Translations under genes and position numbers: made by a program
Assembly: GCA_002269645.1 (NCBI GenBank)
Contig: NIVC01000703.1
Location: 91,280 to 155,279 of the forward strand
Length of the DNA stretch: 64,000 nt
DNA from: Macrostomum lignano
Taxonomy: Eukaryota
Reading direction: 5' to 3'
Shown: positions 14,191-25,714 of the stretch, one piece after another
Position numbering within the stretch: the first letter of the stretch is position 1
How the letters are laid out: each line of letters begins with the position of its first letter
Notes under the pieces: model-generated
The model's database searches: none
Told to the model about the DNA's origin: nothing
The model's input: only the letters and a program-made list of their open reading frames with translations

Positions 14191-14801
14191 CAGGGCTCAG
14201 TACATGATTTTTTTCCGATTCCCAAGATGGAGATTCTGAAACCAGCCCGCAGTGTTTCTTATGCAGGAATAAATAGTCATCTGAGCCGGAAATTATTTAA
14301 ACAGGGCACGTCTGGTAGTTTCTTGATAATCGCCGAGTTCAGGCTGCAGTCACTGAATCAATTAAATATTTTTCGCTTTTATTGATTTAGATCTTGCTTT
14401 TTCTTGCCGGTTGCTAAGGGCAAAAGCTGCTTAATGATTAATTTCGCAGGATTGTCAATAAGGAAACGATTCCTTAGGAAACGGCCGGCAAGGAGCGCGG
14501 AGGAAAAAGTAGAATGGCTCAAATTCATAAATATGTTTGAATAGAAGTCTAGAATGCCAGCCCTTTGAACAGGCGGGGCTGCATGCAAATAATTATAAGG
14601 AACAGCTTTTAGAGAAATACTCGGAAACTTTTCCAAACTCAGCGTGGGTATCAAGAGCAGATTTACTGCACTTCCATAAACAGCATATAAACCAAAGTAA
14701 CGGTTCCGTTTGTCAACGTCCAGATTATCGATTAGAATTGAGGATTTTTGAAATTTTCATCAGTCAGCTGAGTCCGCCTCCGTCTGCGCACGGAGCCTCA
14801 G

Positions 14802-16016
14802 CTAGTGCTGCGGCCGCAGTCTACGGCGCACCAGCCCGACAGTTCGCGCACGAAGCCGGGACAGGCGGCGCCGCAGGCTGCGCCGGAAGCGGCCGTCGGC
14901 CAGGCAGTAGAGGAAGAAGTTGGCCGAGTGGTTGGCGTACATCAGCAGCTCCGTGCACGCCTGCGCCAGGTGGTAGTTGGCGTAGAATTGCGGGTCATTG
15001 TTCCTGTCCGCGCTGACTATGAATGTCAGCGAAGTCAGCACCTTCAGCACAGTGATTGGCAGCGAGGTGACGACGAAGAAGCAGGACACGAGCAGCAGCA
15101 CCAGCGTCACCTGCCCGACGCTGCGGTTCAGCGCCTGCAGCAGCAGCGCGTCTGCCGAGTTGGGCGCCGCCACGGCCATCGCCGCGGAGCCGGGCGTTGC
15201 CGCAGCCAGTCGGCACCGGACGGCGAAGCTCGAGGAGGCGTCGCTGGCCAGACGGAGGGTCCGCAGCTCCTGGCTGTTTGGGTCGCCGCCGCCACCACCG
15301 TCAAAGCCACGGGCCGCAGAGTTGCCGCGACGCGCGGCGCGCAGCTTCCTAACGATGAAGACGTTGCAGCAGAGGATAACGGCGGTGGGGATCAGGGAGT
15401 ACAGGGAGCAGTCCAGCCAGGCCAGCGGCAGCTTCAGCGCCCGCAGCAGCTCCGGCCGGATGTCGCAGATCAAGTAGCTGTCGTTGCTGGGGCCCGAGGC
15501 CGAGGCGGTGGCGTTCCAGTCAAACCTGTAGACGTCCAGCAGGAAGAACCAGGGCGCGTTGATCAGCGCGCAGGCGCCAGCCAGCCCGGCCACGATGCGG
15601 CGGGCGCGGCTGACGGCGGTGCGGACGGACGGCCGCCGGTGGCGCAGCACGGAGACCCGCTCGATGGTGACGGCGGCAGTCAGCGCTACGCTCGTGTGCG
15701 TGGAGGCGGAGGAGAGGAAGTGCAGGCAGAGGCAGGAGCCGGTGCTCACCGTGGCGCAGTCCAGGCCGATGAGGGAGGACAGCCAGGAGCGCAGCAGGCC
15801 GGACAGCAGCGCCACCTGGTCGGCGGCGGCGAGGGCCAGCAGGTAATTGTGGGTGCCGCTGCGGCGGCTGCGACTGCGCAGCAGCCAGGCTGACAGGCAG
15901 TTGCCGACGCTGCCCAGCAGCAGCAGGGCGGGGCTGCCGAGCCACTGCAGCCACTTGAAGGCGCGATAGACGGCCAGCTGGTTGTAGATGGGCAGCTCGA
16001 AGCTGGCGAGAGACAT
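14802..16016 (-). CDS. Intronless rhodopsin-class GPCR, neuropeptide (FMRFamide/peptide) receptor-like, ~404 aa
   Basis: Seven hydrophobic segments. Motifs: GSVGN (TM1), LALAAADQ (TM2), TIER (DRY-like), NAPWF (TM4), LIP (TM5), SLP (TM6), NHSANFFLYCL (TM7). The start is taken as MSLASF; the ORF extends upstream to 16343. Confidence 0.9.
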   Translation of the reverse strand: MSLASFELPIYNQLAVYRAFKWLQWLGSPALLLLGSVGNCLSAWLLRSRSRRSGTHNYLLALAAADQVALLSGLLRSWLSSLIGLDCATVSTGSCLCLHFLSSASTHTSVALTAAVTIERVSVLRHRRPSVRTAVSRARRIVAGLAGACALINAPWFFLLDVYRFDWNATASASGPSNDSYLICDIRPELLRALKLPLAWLDCSLYSLIPTAVILCCNVFIVRKLRAARRGNSAARGFDGGGGGDPNSQELRTLRLASDASSSFAVRCRLAAATPGSAAMAVAAPNSADALLLQALNRSVGQVTLVLLLVSCFFVVTSLPITVLKVLTSLTFIVSADRNNDPQFYANYHLAQACTELLMYANHSANFFLYCLADGRFRRSLRRRLSRLRARTVGLVRRRLRPQH

Positions 16017-17632
16017 GCTTGGCTGGCCGGGCGGGGGTCGAGTTGCCGAGTTGCTAGGGCGATTCGGATGCAGCTCAGGCCAAGCGAATTTGTGCGGATA
16101 CGCGGCGGGAAGATAATTAGCTCGCACTCTGCAGAACCAATTAAGTCCCGCAGTGCAGATCCCTGGTCCCCATTGGCGTGTCCGGGCCGGATTCAAGCCG
16201 ATGCCCCCCCCCCCTCTGTCTCCCTGTGGCAGCTGACTCGCCTTCTCTTCCTCAGCGGATAAAGGGAAGCAGATTGGGGGGCAGAAGTGCAGGAGCCGGG
16301 ATCTGCTTCCCTTGCTTGAGCTCAGCCCCTGTCTTTGGGGCAAAAGTCTTTCCTTATCGAAAAAACCTCAAGAAACCCCGGACGGCCTCATCAGCCGACG
16401 GGATTATGCCGGGGGCTAAACAAGAGCTCAGCTGGCCCCCCAAACAGTTGCAGCCATTTCTCATTTCACTGCTCGGTTTCATAAATATAAATTTTTCATT
16501 GCCATTTATTTCTGTCTTACAGTCACGCCGAATTTGCACAGCGTGCGCGGCCTTCAGCATCGGGCTTGACGAGTAGCAAGGGCATCCCAGTTGAGCTGCC
16601 ACTTGACAGGAGAGGCTCAGGAATCCCCTCTGACCTGCCAGCTCGAATCCGCTCGCTTTTCACCGCTCTGCCCATATTTGGTTAATAAGCCGCCTGTTGG
16701 CGGGTCAGCTTTAATCCTAATCCCCTGATTCAGCAGGAAGAGCCGGCAGCCTGGGCTGATTAACTGCCAAGGGCATCTGCTCCAAACTGCTCCGACCTGT
16801 CCCGGCTGTGCAACTCAATTTGCTGAATCAGGTAACAGGGGCGAATTGCCGCGGTGAGCCGCCCCCCGAGGTAAACTGCAGATCTCTGGGAACTTTTCAA
16901 TAACTCATTTGAATGCTCTGAAGAGTGTTAATTCATTTGGCTCGACTTAAAATTAATCTTCATGGGTCCATGAATTGGGCGCTCAGACCATGGACAACTG
17001 ATGCTGAAAGACCTTCCACTCGCTTTTTTAAAAATGAGTACATTTGTCGCATCCCCAGTGCATTCAGTCTGCTCTTGAGAAATCGGATTTTTCTCAACCG
17101 GATTTGTCTATGGTGGAACCCCATTCTGCGCTGCGGAAGCAGGTTTCACCTAAAAATACATTACGAAGATAATGTAGCGAAACTTCCCAAGAGACATAGT
17201 TTCCTGTCCCTTCTACTTAAATAGTCCTTGGCTGAATGCACTGACCTTTCAACTCATCTCTAAGAAATCAAGTATCGGGTCTTCCCCTGATCAGTTCAGG
17301 TAATTTGCACTCACGCATTTAAATGTATGGGTGGCCAGTTTTTCAAAGCAACGTACTTGATTCCATGAGACCTTTTCGTAATTTATCTGATAAATTAAAA
17401 GCTAGGACTTTTCTAGCCTTAAGGCTACTGATAGTAATATACGGGTAAATTTTTTGCTAAATTCTATAGAGCGAATTTTCGGAGCGCCACTCACCCCCTT
17501 GACTTGGGTTTTGGGCCGAGGTAGATTCACGGATGCAAGTGCTCCGCATTCTTGACACCGGGAAGGCAGAATTGCTAACTGTGGATTTCCCCTGGCAATG
17601 CCCAGCAAAGCAGCCCCGTGGAGACCGCCCTG

Positions 17633-18617
17633 CAGGGGGTTTCTTATGAAAGTATTTTCTTTGCTTTACTCTTATGATCAGTATCGAGGCTGCGATTTTG
17701 TGCCGAGGCGCTGATGGACATGCGACAGAGCTTCCGCGTTGTCAGCAGTTCGTCTACCTCGGCGGTCTGGTTCCCGACGTCCGCGAGGATTTGCGGCGTC
17801 GCTGCGGGCTTGCCTGGGCTGCCTTTCGTTCTGTGAGGGCAGTCCTGCAATCCGAGGCCCTGCCGGACCGGACCGCCAGAGGGCGGCGTTGTTCCAGGCG
17901 GTGATTGAGACCGTCCTGCTGTACAGCGCCGAGACCTGGACGCTGACAGAGTCGCTCGAGCAACAATTCGACGTGGCGCACATTCCCGACCTGGCTTTGA
18001 AGCGCGCCCTGTGATGCTAACTGCGTATTCTGTTGTTGTTATGATCAATGCTTTATTCCACTTTTTCATGCTTATGAAAGTATTGATTAAATATGATTTA
18101 GGAATAGGAATATTCCGACAAACTTTCTTTATGATAGTTATAGTTTTGCTTCTTTCCTACAAAAATATGAATGAATAATGCTTTATGCTGAAATGAAGAA
18201 TCTTTCAAATAAATAAGTCATGACTAACGCTAATATTTTGCATCGTACTTGCGAGCCTATAGCATGCAGCGGGCAGTGAATGTACACACTCGATACTTCA
18301 ATGCTTTAAATCGGGAACTTTCAAACGCTAACTGAGACTTATATTGTTGGAATGATCATGCAAAACTGAGTTCGGGGATATAAGTTGTTTGCTTTAAATA
18401 TGAAAACAATAAGCACAGCATTAAATATAATTTCCATTATTTTAACTTCGGACACGTGTTCTGCATAAAGTGCAAATTATGGGCTTACTATGGAATGTCT
18501 GATTGCGTAATGAATTCGATTCAGAGATGGGTTGAGCACAAAAGCATAGCTCAGCGGCATAAAGTGTCTGGCGTAATTCATTTTCATATTTTCATACTTT
18601 CATAAGAAACCCCCCTG
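17633..18617. mobile_element. Non-autonomous TIR DNA transposon (MITE, ~560 bp once the nested insertion is removed)
   Basis: 22-23 bp TIRs: CAGGGGGTTTCTTATGAAAGTA at 17633 and TACTTTCATAAGAAACCCCCCTG at 18595-18617. Imperfect flanking duplication ACCGCCCTG / ACGTCCCTG (7/9). Confidence 0.75.
17657..18070 (+). mobile_element. 5'-truncated, internally deleted RTE-clade LINE fragment
   Basis: Encodes FVYLGGLVPDV...AWAAFRSVRAVL...LLYSAETW...DLALKRAL*, homologous to 53792-54847. 14-bp TSD CTTATGAAAGTATT at 17643-17656 and 18071-18084. Confidence 0.88.
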
Positions 18618-18905
18618 ACGTCCCTGCCGCTTGGGCCCCAGCAGGGTTGCAGTTGTTAATAAGTTGTTTATTGTCTATAAATAAATAAAGTTGTTTATTT
18701 CAGTGCAATGCTGCGCTGGTTTCAGCAGCACGAGTATCTGTACAAACAAGCCAGCAGAAGTGTACATTGCCCGCACTTGCCCTCCACCCCAGCCCTAAAC
18801 CTCTACCCCTCGTACGGGCCGTATTCCACGCGCCAGTTATACAATATCAGTGCACTCTTCTGCCCGCCTGCTGTTTCTCGGAAAGCTTTCTTTACAGCAG
18901 AGAGA

Positions 18906-20551
18906 ATGGCGGGCAGAGCCGCGGAGGAAGACGAAGTTCCCAGCATCGTGCTGGACAGCGGCTCAAGCAGGCTGCGCGCCGGCTTCGCTGGCGACGACTC
19001 TCCGTGCCTGACGATGCCGGCCGTGATTGGCCGGCGCGGCTCGCCGCATCAGCGGCCGGAGGTCCTCGTAGGCGACGACGCCCTGAGCACCGGGCCGGTG
19101 CCGCAGCTCGGCCTCACCCAGCCGGTGCAGCGCGGCGTTCTGGTTGACTTCGACGACGCCGAGCTGCTATGGCGGCACGCCATCGAGGCCGGCCTGCGGC
19201 GACGGAGTCAGCCACGCGGAGGTAGAGAGGGGCGGCGTCAGCGCGCTGTTGCAGTTTGGCTGGCAAAGCCTCTGGCTGACGCCCCGTAGCCTCTGGCTGA
19301 CCCCCCGTAGCTTCTGGCTGACCCGCCGTAGTCTCTGGCTGACCCCCCGTAGCCTCTGGCTGACCCCCCGTAGCCTCTGGCTGACCCCCCGTAGCCTCTG
19401 GCTGACTCCTGTAGCCTCTGGCTGACTCCTGTAGCCTCTGGCTGACTCCCGTAGCCTCTGGCTGACCCCCCGTAGCCTCTGGCTGACCCCCTGTAGCCTC
19501 TGGCTGACCCCCATAGCCTCTGGTTGACCCCCCGTAGCCTTTGGCTGACCCCCCGTAGCCTCTGGCTGATCCACCGTAGCCTCTGGCTGACCCCCCGTAG
19601 CCTCTGGCTGAGCCCCCGTAGCCTCTGGCTGAGCCCCCGTAGCCTCTGGCTGACCCCCCGTAGCCTCTGGCTGACCCCCCGTAGCCTCTGGCTGACCCCC
19701 CGTAGCCTCTGGCTGACTGCCCATAGCCTGTGGCTGACCCCTGTAGCCTCTGGCTGACCCCTGTAGCCTCTGGCTGACCCCCCATAGCCTCTGGCTGACC
19801 CCCCGTAGCCTCTGGCTGATCCCCCGTAGCCTCTGGCTGAGCCCCCCCCGTAGCCTCTGGCTGACCCCCCATAGCCTCTGGCTGACCCCCCGTAGCCTCT
19901 GGCTGACCCCCGTCCTTGCAGGTGATATACGAGGGCTATACAGTGGCCTGCAGCACCAGGCGGGTGGACTGCGCCGGTGGTGACGTCACCGACGCTGTCC
20001 GGGACGTCCTGCGCCGGCGCGGCTGCTGCCTGGAGACGCCGCTGGAGCGCCAGTTGGCCGCCGACCTCAAAGAGCGGCTCTTCCGGGTGAGCCGCCGCGC
20101 CGCGGATTTCGACTCGCCAGACGGAGGCGATGATGCGGTGGAGGAGTTTGAGCTGCCCGACGGCCGCGGTCTGGTCGGGCTGAGCCGGCGGGACCGCGCC
20201 GAGCCGTGGGAGCTGCTGCTCGGCCGGAGCAGCGCGGCTCGCCTGCAGCGCCTGGTGGCCGAGGCCCTCAGCTCCGCGGACATCGACACCAGGGCGGACT
20301 TGTGGCGCAACGTGATTGTGTCCGGTGGCTCCACCATGGCTGACGGCTTCGTGGAGCGGCTGACGGCGGAGCTGACGGAGCTGGCGCCGCCCGGCCGCCA
20401 CCCGGTGAAGCTGGTGGCGCCGGCCGAGCGGGATTTCGCAACCTGGATTGGCGGCTCCATCCTGGCCTCGCTGTCCACCTTCCAGGAGCGCTGGGTCAGC
20501 CGCCGGCAGTACGAGGAGTTCGGCCCGAGAGTGGTGCACATGATGAGCTAG
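18906..20551 (+). pseudogene. Divergent actin/actin-related gene with a frameshifting internal deletion; exons 18906-19221 and 19922-20551
   Basis: N-terminus IVLDSGSSRLRAGFAGDDSP. C-terminus TWIGGSILASLSTFQERWVSRRQYEEFGP. CGDGVSHAE|VIYEGY spans the phase-0 intron but lies in the +1 frame relative to the ATG, and ~60 actin codons are absent. Confidence 0.75.
19268..19912. repeat. 20-21 bp minisatellite (CCCCCCGTAGCCTCTGGCTGA) filling the actin-like intron
   Basis: Ends ~10 bp before the CAG acceptor at 19919-19921. Confidence 0.95.
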
Positions 20552-20935
20552 TAACCATAAGACTCTACTGCAAACTATTTCTAATGCTCATCCGACAATG
20601 CTCAAAAAGCGCGCGCCCAGGTGCGAATGTACAGAAAAGTGCAGTAGCTCGTACACTCAAACTAGCAGAGTACATGCGGTAGTCCGCGCTCACTGCTTGA
20701 GCACCCAGTGCGCAGCTGGAGTTCTACTGCCCCCCCCCCGCTTTCCAAGTCGTCTCTTCCCGTTCTCCTCTGTCTGGCGTGCAAAGCCAGTTTGAAGCGG
20801 CGGGCAGAAGAGCGGCCCGCCGCTTGTCCCCACCCCGTGCTGGGTGCTGAGTCAGACTGGGAGCTCACGAGAGCATGTAGAAAAATGCTCTTGGGGGGGG
20901 GGGCGGCAGGCTGACCTGGCGGAGCTGCTTGTCAG

Positions 20936-21607
20936 ATGCCGTGGCCAACTATCCGACAGCTGCTCTGGAACTGCTCAGACGGCCTGGCCAGCGCCGGGCA
21001 GTCCGCCCTGACCTGCGCCTGTTTTCGCGCCGACGTGGCGCCGTCGCTGGCGAGCGCGCTGGACACCGCGCCAGACCCGGCCGGATTCCGCTGTCTTGGC
21101 GGTGGCGGCGGTGGCAACTCGACTGGCTGGCGGGCCGACTGCGCCTTGGCCAGCAACAGCGGCGTGCCCGGCCGCTTCCACTGTCTCTGCGCCTGCGGCA
21201 GCGGCGGTGGAAGTTACTCGACCTGCGCCGACCTGTGCAACGGCATCGGCAGCTGCTCAGCTGGGGCCGCAACGGGCGCAGGCAGCCAGCTGTGCCAGCT
21301 GTACCCGGCGGCCGTCAGCTTCACCGGACCGCTGGTTGTGGCCATCGCCGGCATTGTGCTGCTGGGCCTGACTGTGCAGCTGGCCATCCGCTTCGTGCGC
21401 TGCCCGGTCCCGCTGATCCGGGCGCGGCTCCGCTCCTGCTGGTTCGCCAGCCCGCCAGGCCGCCTGATGCGGCGGCGGCAGCGGCGCGAGGCCGCCGCTG
21501 TTGGAGCGGCCGGCACCTCTGCAGCGAGCGGGCCCAATGAGCGGCGGCCGCTGGAGGAGGTGGCCGAGGCCGAGGGCCTTGAGGCGCAGGCGGACAGCTC
21601 GGTGTGA
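20936..21607 (+). CDS. Uncharacterised Cys-rich single-pass membrane protein (223 aa, or terminal exon of one)
   Basis: GC-rich coding-like ORF with about a dozen Cys in the N-terminal part. TM segment LVVAIAGIVLLGLTVQLAI is followed by an Arg-rich tail ending DSSV*. An acceptor-like TTGTCAG lies directly before the ATG. Confidence 0.6.
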   Translation: MPWPTIRQLLWNCSDGLASAGQSALTCACFRADVAPSLASALDTAPDPAGFRCLGGGGGGNSTGWRADCALASNSGVPGRFHCLCACGSGGGSYSTCADLCNGIGSCSAGAATGAGSQLCQLYPAAVSFTGPLVVAIAGIVLLGLTVQLAIRFVRCPVPLIRARLRSCWFASPPGRLMRRRQRREAAAVGAAGTSAASGPNERRPLEEVAEAEGLEAQADSSV

Positions 21608-21984
21608 ACAGCACCCATGGGTACAGTTGCAACAGCTATGCAACAATGTCCAATAGAAACGGCCAATGCGTTTTTTTAAATCTCGAGTAAATACAATTTT
21701 GCCTTACGCATGTTTAAATCGGACTTCTCTCGACTTGAAAGTTTTTAATTAAGTATAGTAACAGAGTTGTATAATAACAGAGGCTGAGTGTACATGCAAA
21801 TCGATAACTAGACTCAAGGTAAAAAAGTGTACATAACCACCCCAGCGCAGGAGAACCCCAAACAGCTAACACAGAACTCGCACCGCTCCTAACACGAACG
21901 CAGAATAAAACTATGTTGAAAAGTCAAACAAAAAGTTCACTCCGGGCTATAAAATCAGAAGGCCTCTGCCATATTACTGCTAAC

Positions 21985-22330
21985 AATTCCCTGCTGATGC
22001 TGATAACTCCCTGCTGATGCTGAATCTCCATGCTGATGCTGACATCTCCATGCTGATGCTGACATCTCCCTGCTGCTGCTGACATCTCCCTGTTGATGCT
22101 GACATCTCCCTCCTGATACTGACATCTCCCTGCTGGTGCTGACATCTTCTGCTGATGCTGACATCTCCAAGCTCCTGCTGACATCTCCCTGTTGATGCTG
22201 ACATCTCCCTACTGATGCTGACATCTCCCTCCTGATGCTGATACCTCCCTGCTGATGCTCGCATCTCTATGATGATGCTGACATCTCCCTCTCGAAGCTA
22301 ACATCTTTATGATGATGCTGACATCTTTAA
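21985..22330. repeat. ~21-bp minisatellite (GCTGATGCTGACATCTCCCT..), intergenic
   Basis: Direct reading. Confidence 0.9.
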
Positions 22331-23255
22331 GATGAGGCTGATAGGTCTATATGTACGAGTATGCTGATGCTGGCATCTCAAAGCTGAAATCCAACAGATG
22401 TCAATCATTCACCTGCAGCCTTCACTAAAGGCTGAAGACCGAATCTCATGTACTGCCACACTACTACCCTTTTCATTGGCTACTACTAAGTAAGTAGTCA
22501 GGTGAAGAGAATCGAAGCCAAAACTAAAAAAATTACCGATCGAGCAACAAACTTATCGGGCTAATAGACCAGCACAAGAATGATAAGAGTAGCAGCACGG
22601 CTTCGGGTTAAAAGTGAATACAATTTATTTATTCAATATATTCAGCCAGCAATTTGCATCGCGCGCGTTTTGCACAAAAACAGGCAAACCTAAAATTGCA
22701 ATTCCCAGCGTCAAAGGCTATTGCGACTAGGACAGGTGATTAATAAAACTAAACAAAGATACAGTTGCATTCTCGTAATGCGGTTAATAAGAGGATAAAA
22801 TAGGCTCAATATATAGTACTGATTTACACTACTATTAGTAGCAGTGTATAAATATCGGATTAATGAAATAATTCACTGACAGGGGCAGGGGTAAGCGAAA
22901 GGGCTTAGCTGATATAGGATGGTGATGCAGCGTTAGGGAGACTGGGCATTTTTAGGAGGGGAGGCTGGAAAGGAGGGTTGCCAGAGCAAGTGCCACAGCC
23001 TATGGAATGGTGAGTCTGGCAGGACAGCGCATTAAACAGTAATCAGTAATTAACACAGGGCTAGGCAATAAAACGGTGACAAAGTAAAGACGGGCACACG
23101 ATAAAATAAGGATTATAGATCAGGAGCGCAATTAAAAGTACAATGTACGAATTGGATCGGAGCAGAGCCGATGAGATTCCGGCATCATTATGTATTATAA
23201 AATTCCTAACAAAAATGAATCATCTTTTCGATACATATCGGCAGATCTGAAGTGT

Positions 23256-25714
23256 CTACTTGGGCAGGGAGGCGCAGCCGGTGCACAGCAGAGCGTCACC
23301 CTCGGTGAGGAAGCCCCTGCCAACCAGGCTGTCGGAGCAGCGGCTGCAGGTGAAGCAGTCCGAGTGCCAGTCGCGGTCCTCAAAGGAGACGAACTTGGCG
23401 CCAGTGAAGCCGGTGATTGGCTGGCAGCAGCGGCAGCACTTGCGGGCGAACAGCTGGCCGAAGCAGTCGGCGCAGTAGGGCCGCTCCTGCTGCGAGGTGA
23501 ACTTCAGGCCGGCCAGCGGCTTGGCGCAGTGGCCGCACACCAGGCAGTCGGAGTGGTACGCCTGGCCCTTGTAGGTGACGCCGCCCTTGCGGATGACCTG
23601 CCGGCACTCGCGGCAGCGCTGGGCAAAGCGGCCCTCGTAGCACGGGACGCAGCAGGCGTTGTCGCCGTGCGGGATGAAGCTGTCGCAGCCGATGCCGCAG
23701 CCGCACTCGGAGCACAGGAAGCACTGCTCGTGGTACTGCTGGCTGCGCCACTCCAGCTTGCGGCTGCCGGCTTTGAACACCTGCGGGTGGGTGCGGTTTG
23801 AGCAGTGCGTTGAGAGTGCTGGGCAACTGGAAGCTGCAGGATGATGATAGAATGAGCGGGATGATGATAGAATGAGCGGGATGATGATAGAATGAGCGGG
23901 ATGATGATAGAATGAGCGGGATGATGATAGAATGAGCGGGATGATGATAGAATGAGCGGGATGATGATAGAATGAGCGGGATGGTGACAGAATGAGTGCG
24001 GGATGGTGACAGAATGAGGGGGATGGTGATAGAATGAGCGGGATGATGACAGAACGAGCGCGGGATGATGATAGAATGAGCGGGATGATGACAGAATGAG
24101 CGCGGGATGGTGACAGAACGAGCGGGATGGTGATAAAATGAGCGGCATGGTGACAGAATGAGCGGGATGATGACAGAATGATCGGGATGATGATAAAATG
24201 AGCGGGATGATGATAGAATGAGCGGGATGATGACAGAATGAGCGGGATGATGATAAAATGAGCGGGATGATGATAGAATGAGCGGGATGATGATAGAATG
24301 AGCGGGATGATGACAGAATGAGCGGCATGGTGACAGAATGAGCGGGATGGTGATAGAATGAGCGGAATGGTGATAGAATGAGCGGGATGATGACAGAATG
24401 AGCGGGATGATGATAAAATGAGCGGGATGATGATAGAATAAGCGGGATGATGATAGAATGAGCGGGATGATGACAGAATGAGCGGCATGGTGACAGAATG
24501 AGCGGGATGGTGATAGAATGAGCGGAATGGTGATAGAATGAGCGGGATGATGACAGAATGAGCGGGATGGTGACAGAATGAGCGGGATGGTGATAGAATG
24601 AGCGGGATGATGACAGAATGAGCGGGATGGTGACAGAATGAGCGGGATGGTGATAGAATGAGCGGGATGATGACAGAATGAGCGGGATGGTGACAGAATG
24701 AGCGGGATGGTGATAGAATGAGCGGGATGATGACAGAATGAGCGGGATGATGATAGAATGAGCGGGATGGTGACAGAATGAGCGGGATGATGACAGAATG
24801 AGCGGCATGGTGACAGAATGAGCGGGATGGTGATAGAATGAGCGGAATGGTGATAGAATGAGCGGGATGATGACAGAATGAGCGGGATGGTGACAGAATG
24901 AGCGGGATGGTGATAGAATGAGCGGGATGATGACAGAATGAGCGGGATGGTGACAGAATGAGCGGGATGGTGATAGAATGAGCGGGATGATGACAGAATG
25001 AGCGGGATGGTGACAGAATGAGCGGGATGGTGATAGAATGAGCGGGATGATGACAGAATGAGCGGGATGATGATAGAATGAGCGGGATGGTGACAGAATG
25101 AGCGGGATGATGACAGAATGAGCGGGATGATGATAAAATGAGCGGGATGATGATAGAATGAGCGGGATGGTGATAGAATGAGCGGGATGATGACAGAATG
25201 AGCGGGATGGTGATAGAATGAGCGGGATGGTGACAGAATGAGCGGGATGATGACAGAATGAGCGGGATGATGATAAAATGAGCGGGATGATGATAGAATG
25301 AGCGGGATGATGATAGAATGAGCGGGATGATGACAGAATGAGCGGGATGATGATAGCTCATAAAACAGCTACCTGATAGCAGCGGCAGCACCTGGCCGCG
25401 AAGCGCTCGTCATGGCAGGAGGTGCAATAGACGTCCCCCTCCTTGGCCAGGAAAGGCTGAGAGGCGAGCGAGCAGCCGCAGGCGGAGCAGCGGAAGCAGG
25501 CCTCGTGCCAGTGCCGGCCGCCGTGGCCGAGGTCGGTCATCTCGCAGCCGATGCGGGCGCCGCACTTGGCGCACTCGTTGGCCAGGCGGGACTCGAAGCA
25601 GTCGGTGCAGGCGGCCGCGTCCTCGGTGACCACGTAGCGGCAGCCGGCGAGCTGGCGGCCGCACAGGGAACAGGCGACCTGGTGCGGGAGGCTCGCGTGC
25701 ACAGCTTCCGACAT
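23256..25714 (-). CDS. fhl2: Four-and-a-half LIM domain protein (FHL2/Limpet-like, 288 aa); exons 25714-25373 and 23780-23256
   Basis: A half LIM plus four LIM domains (HWHEACFRCSAC, YHEQCFLCSEC, YHSDCLVCGHC, WHSDCFTCSRC...LVGRGFLTE), colinear with FHL2. Phase-0 GT-AG intron. Confidence 0.88.
23837..25356. repeat. 20-bp minisatellite (GATGATGATAGAATGAGCGG) x~76 filling the FHL intron
   Basis: Starts ~15 bp from the donor; produces the spurious 711-aa ORF. Confidence 0.96.

Noticed and set aside
14805-15893. 362-aa antisense ORF over the GPCR (and similar shadows over EZH2, DCAF12 and the actin-like gene)
   Set aside because: An expected by-product of GC3-rich coding sequence; no recognisable domain.
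18708-18905. N-terminal extension of the actin-like ORF
   Set aside because: Actin similarity begins only after the ATG at 18906; the upstream part looks like UTR.
23256-25391. 711-aa ORF as one protein
   Set aside because: The first ~535 codons are the 20-bp intronic array; only the LIM part after the 23781-23783 acceptor is coding.
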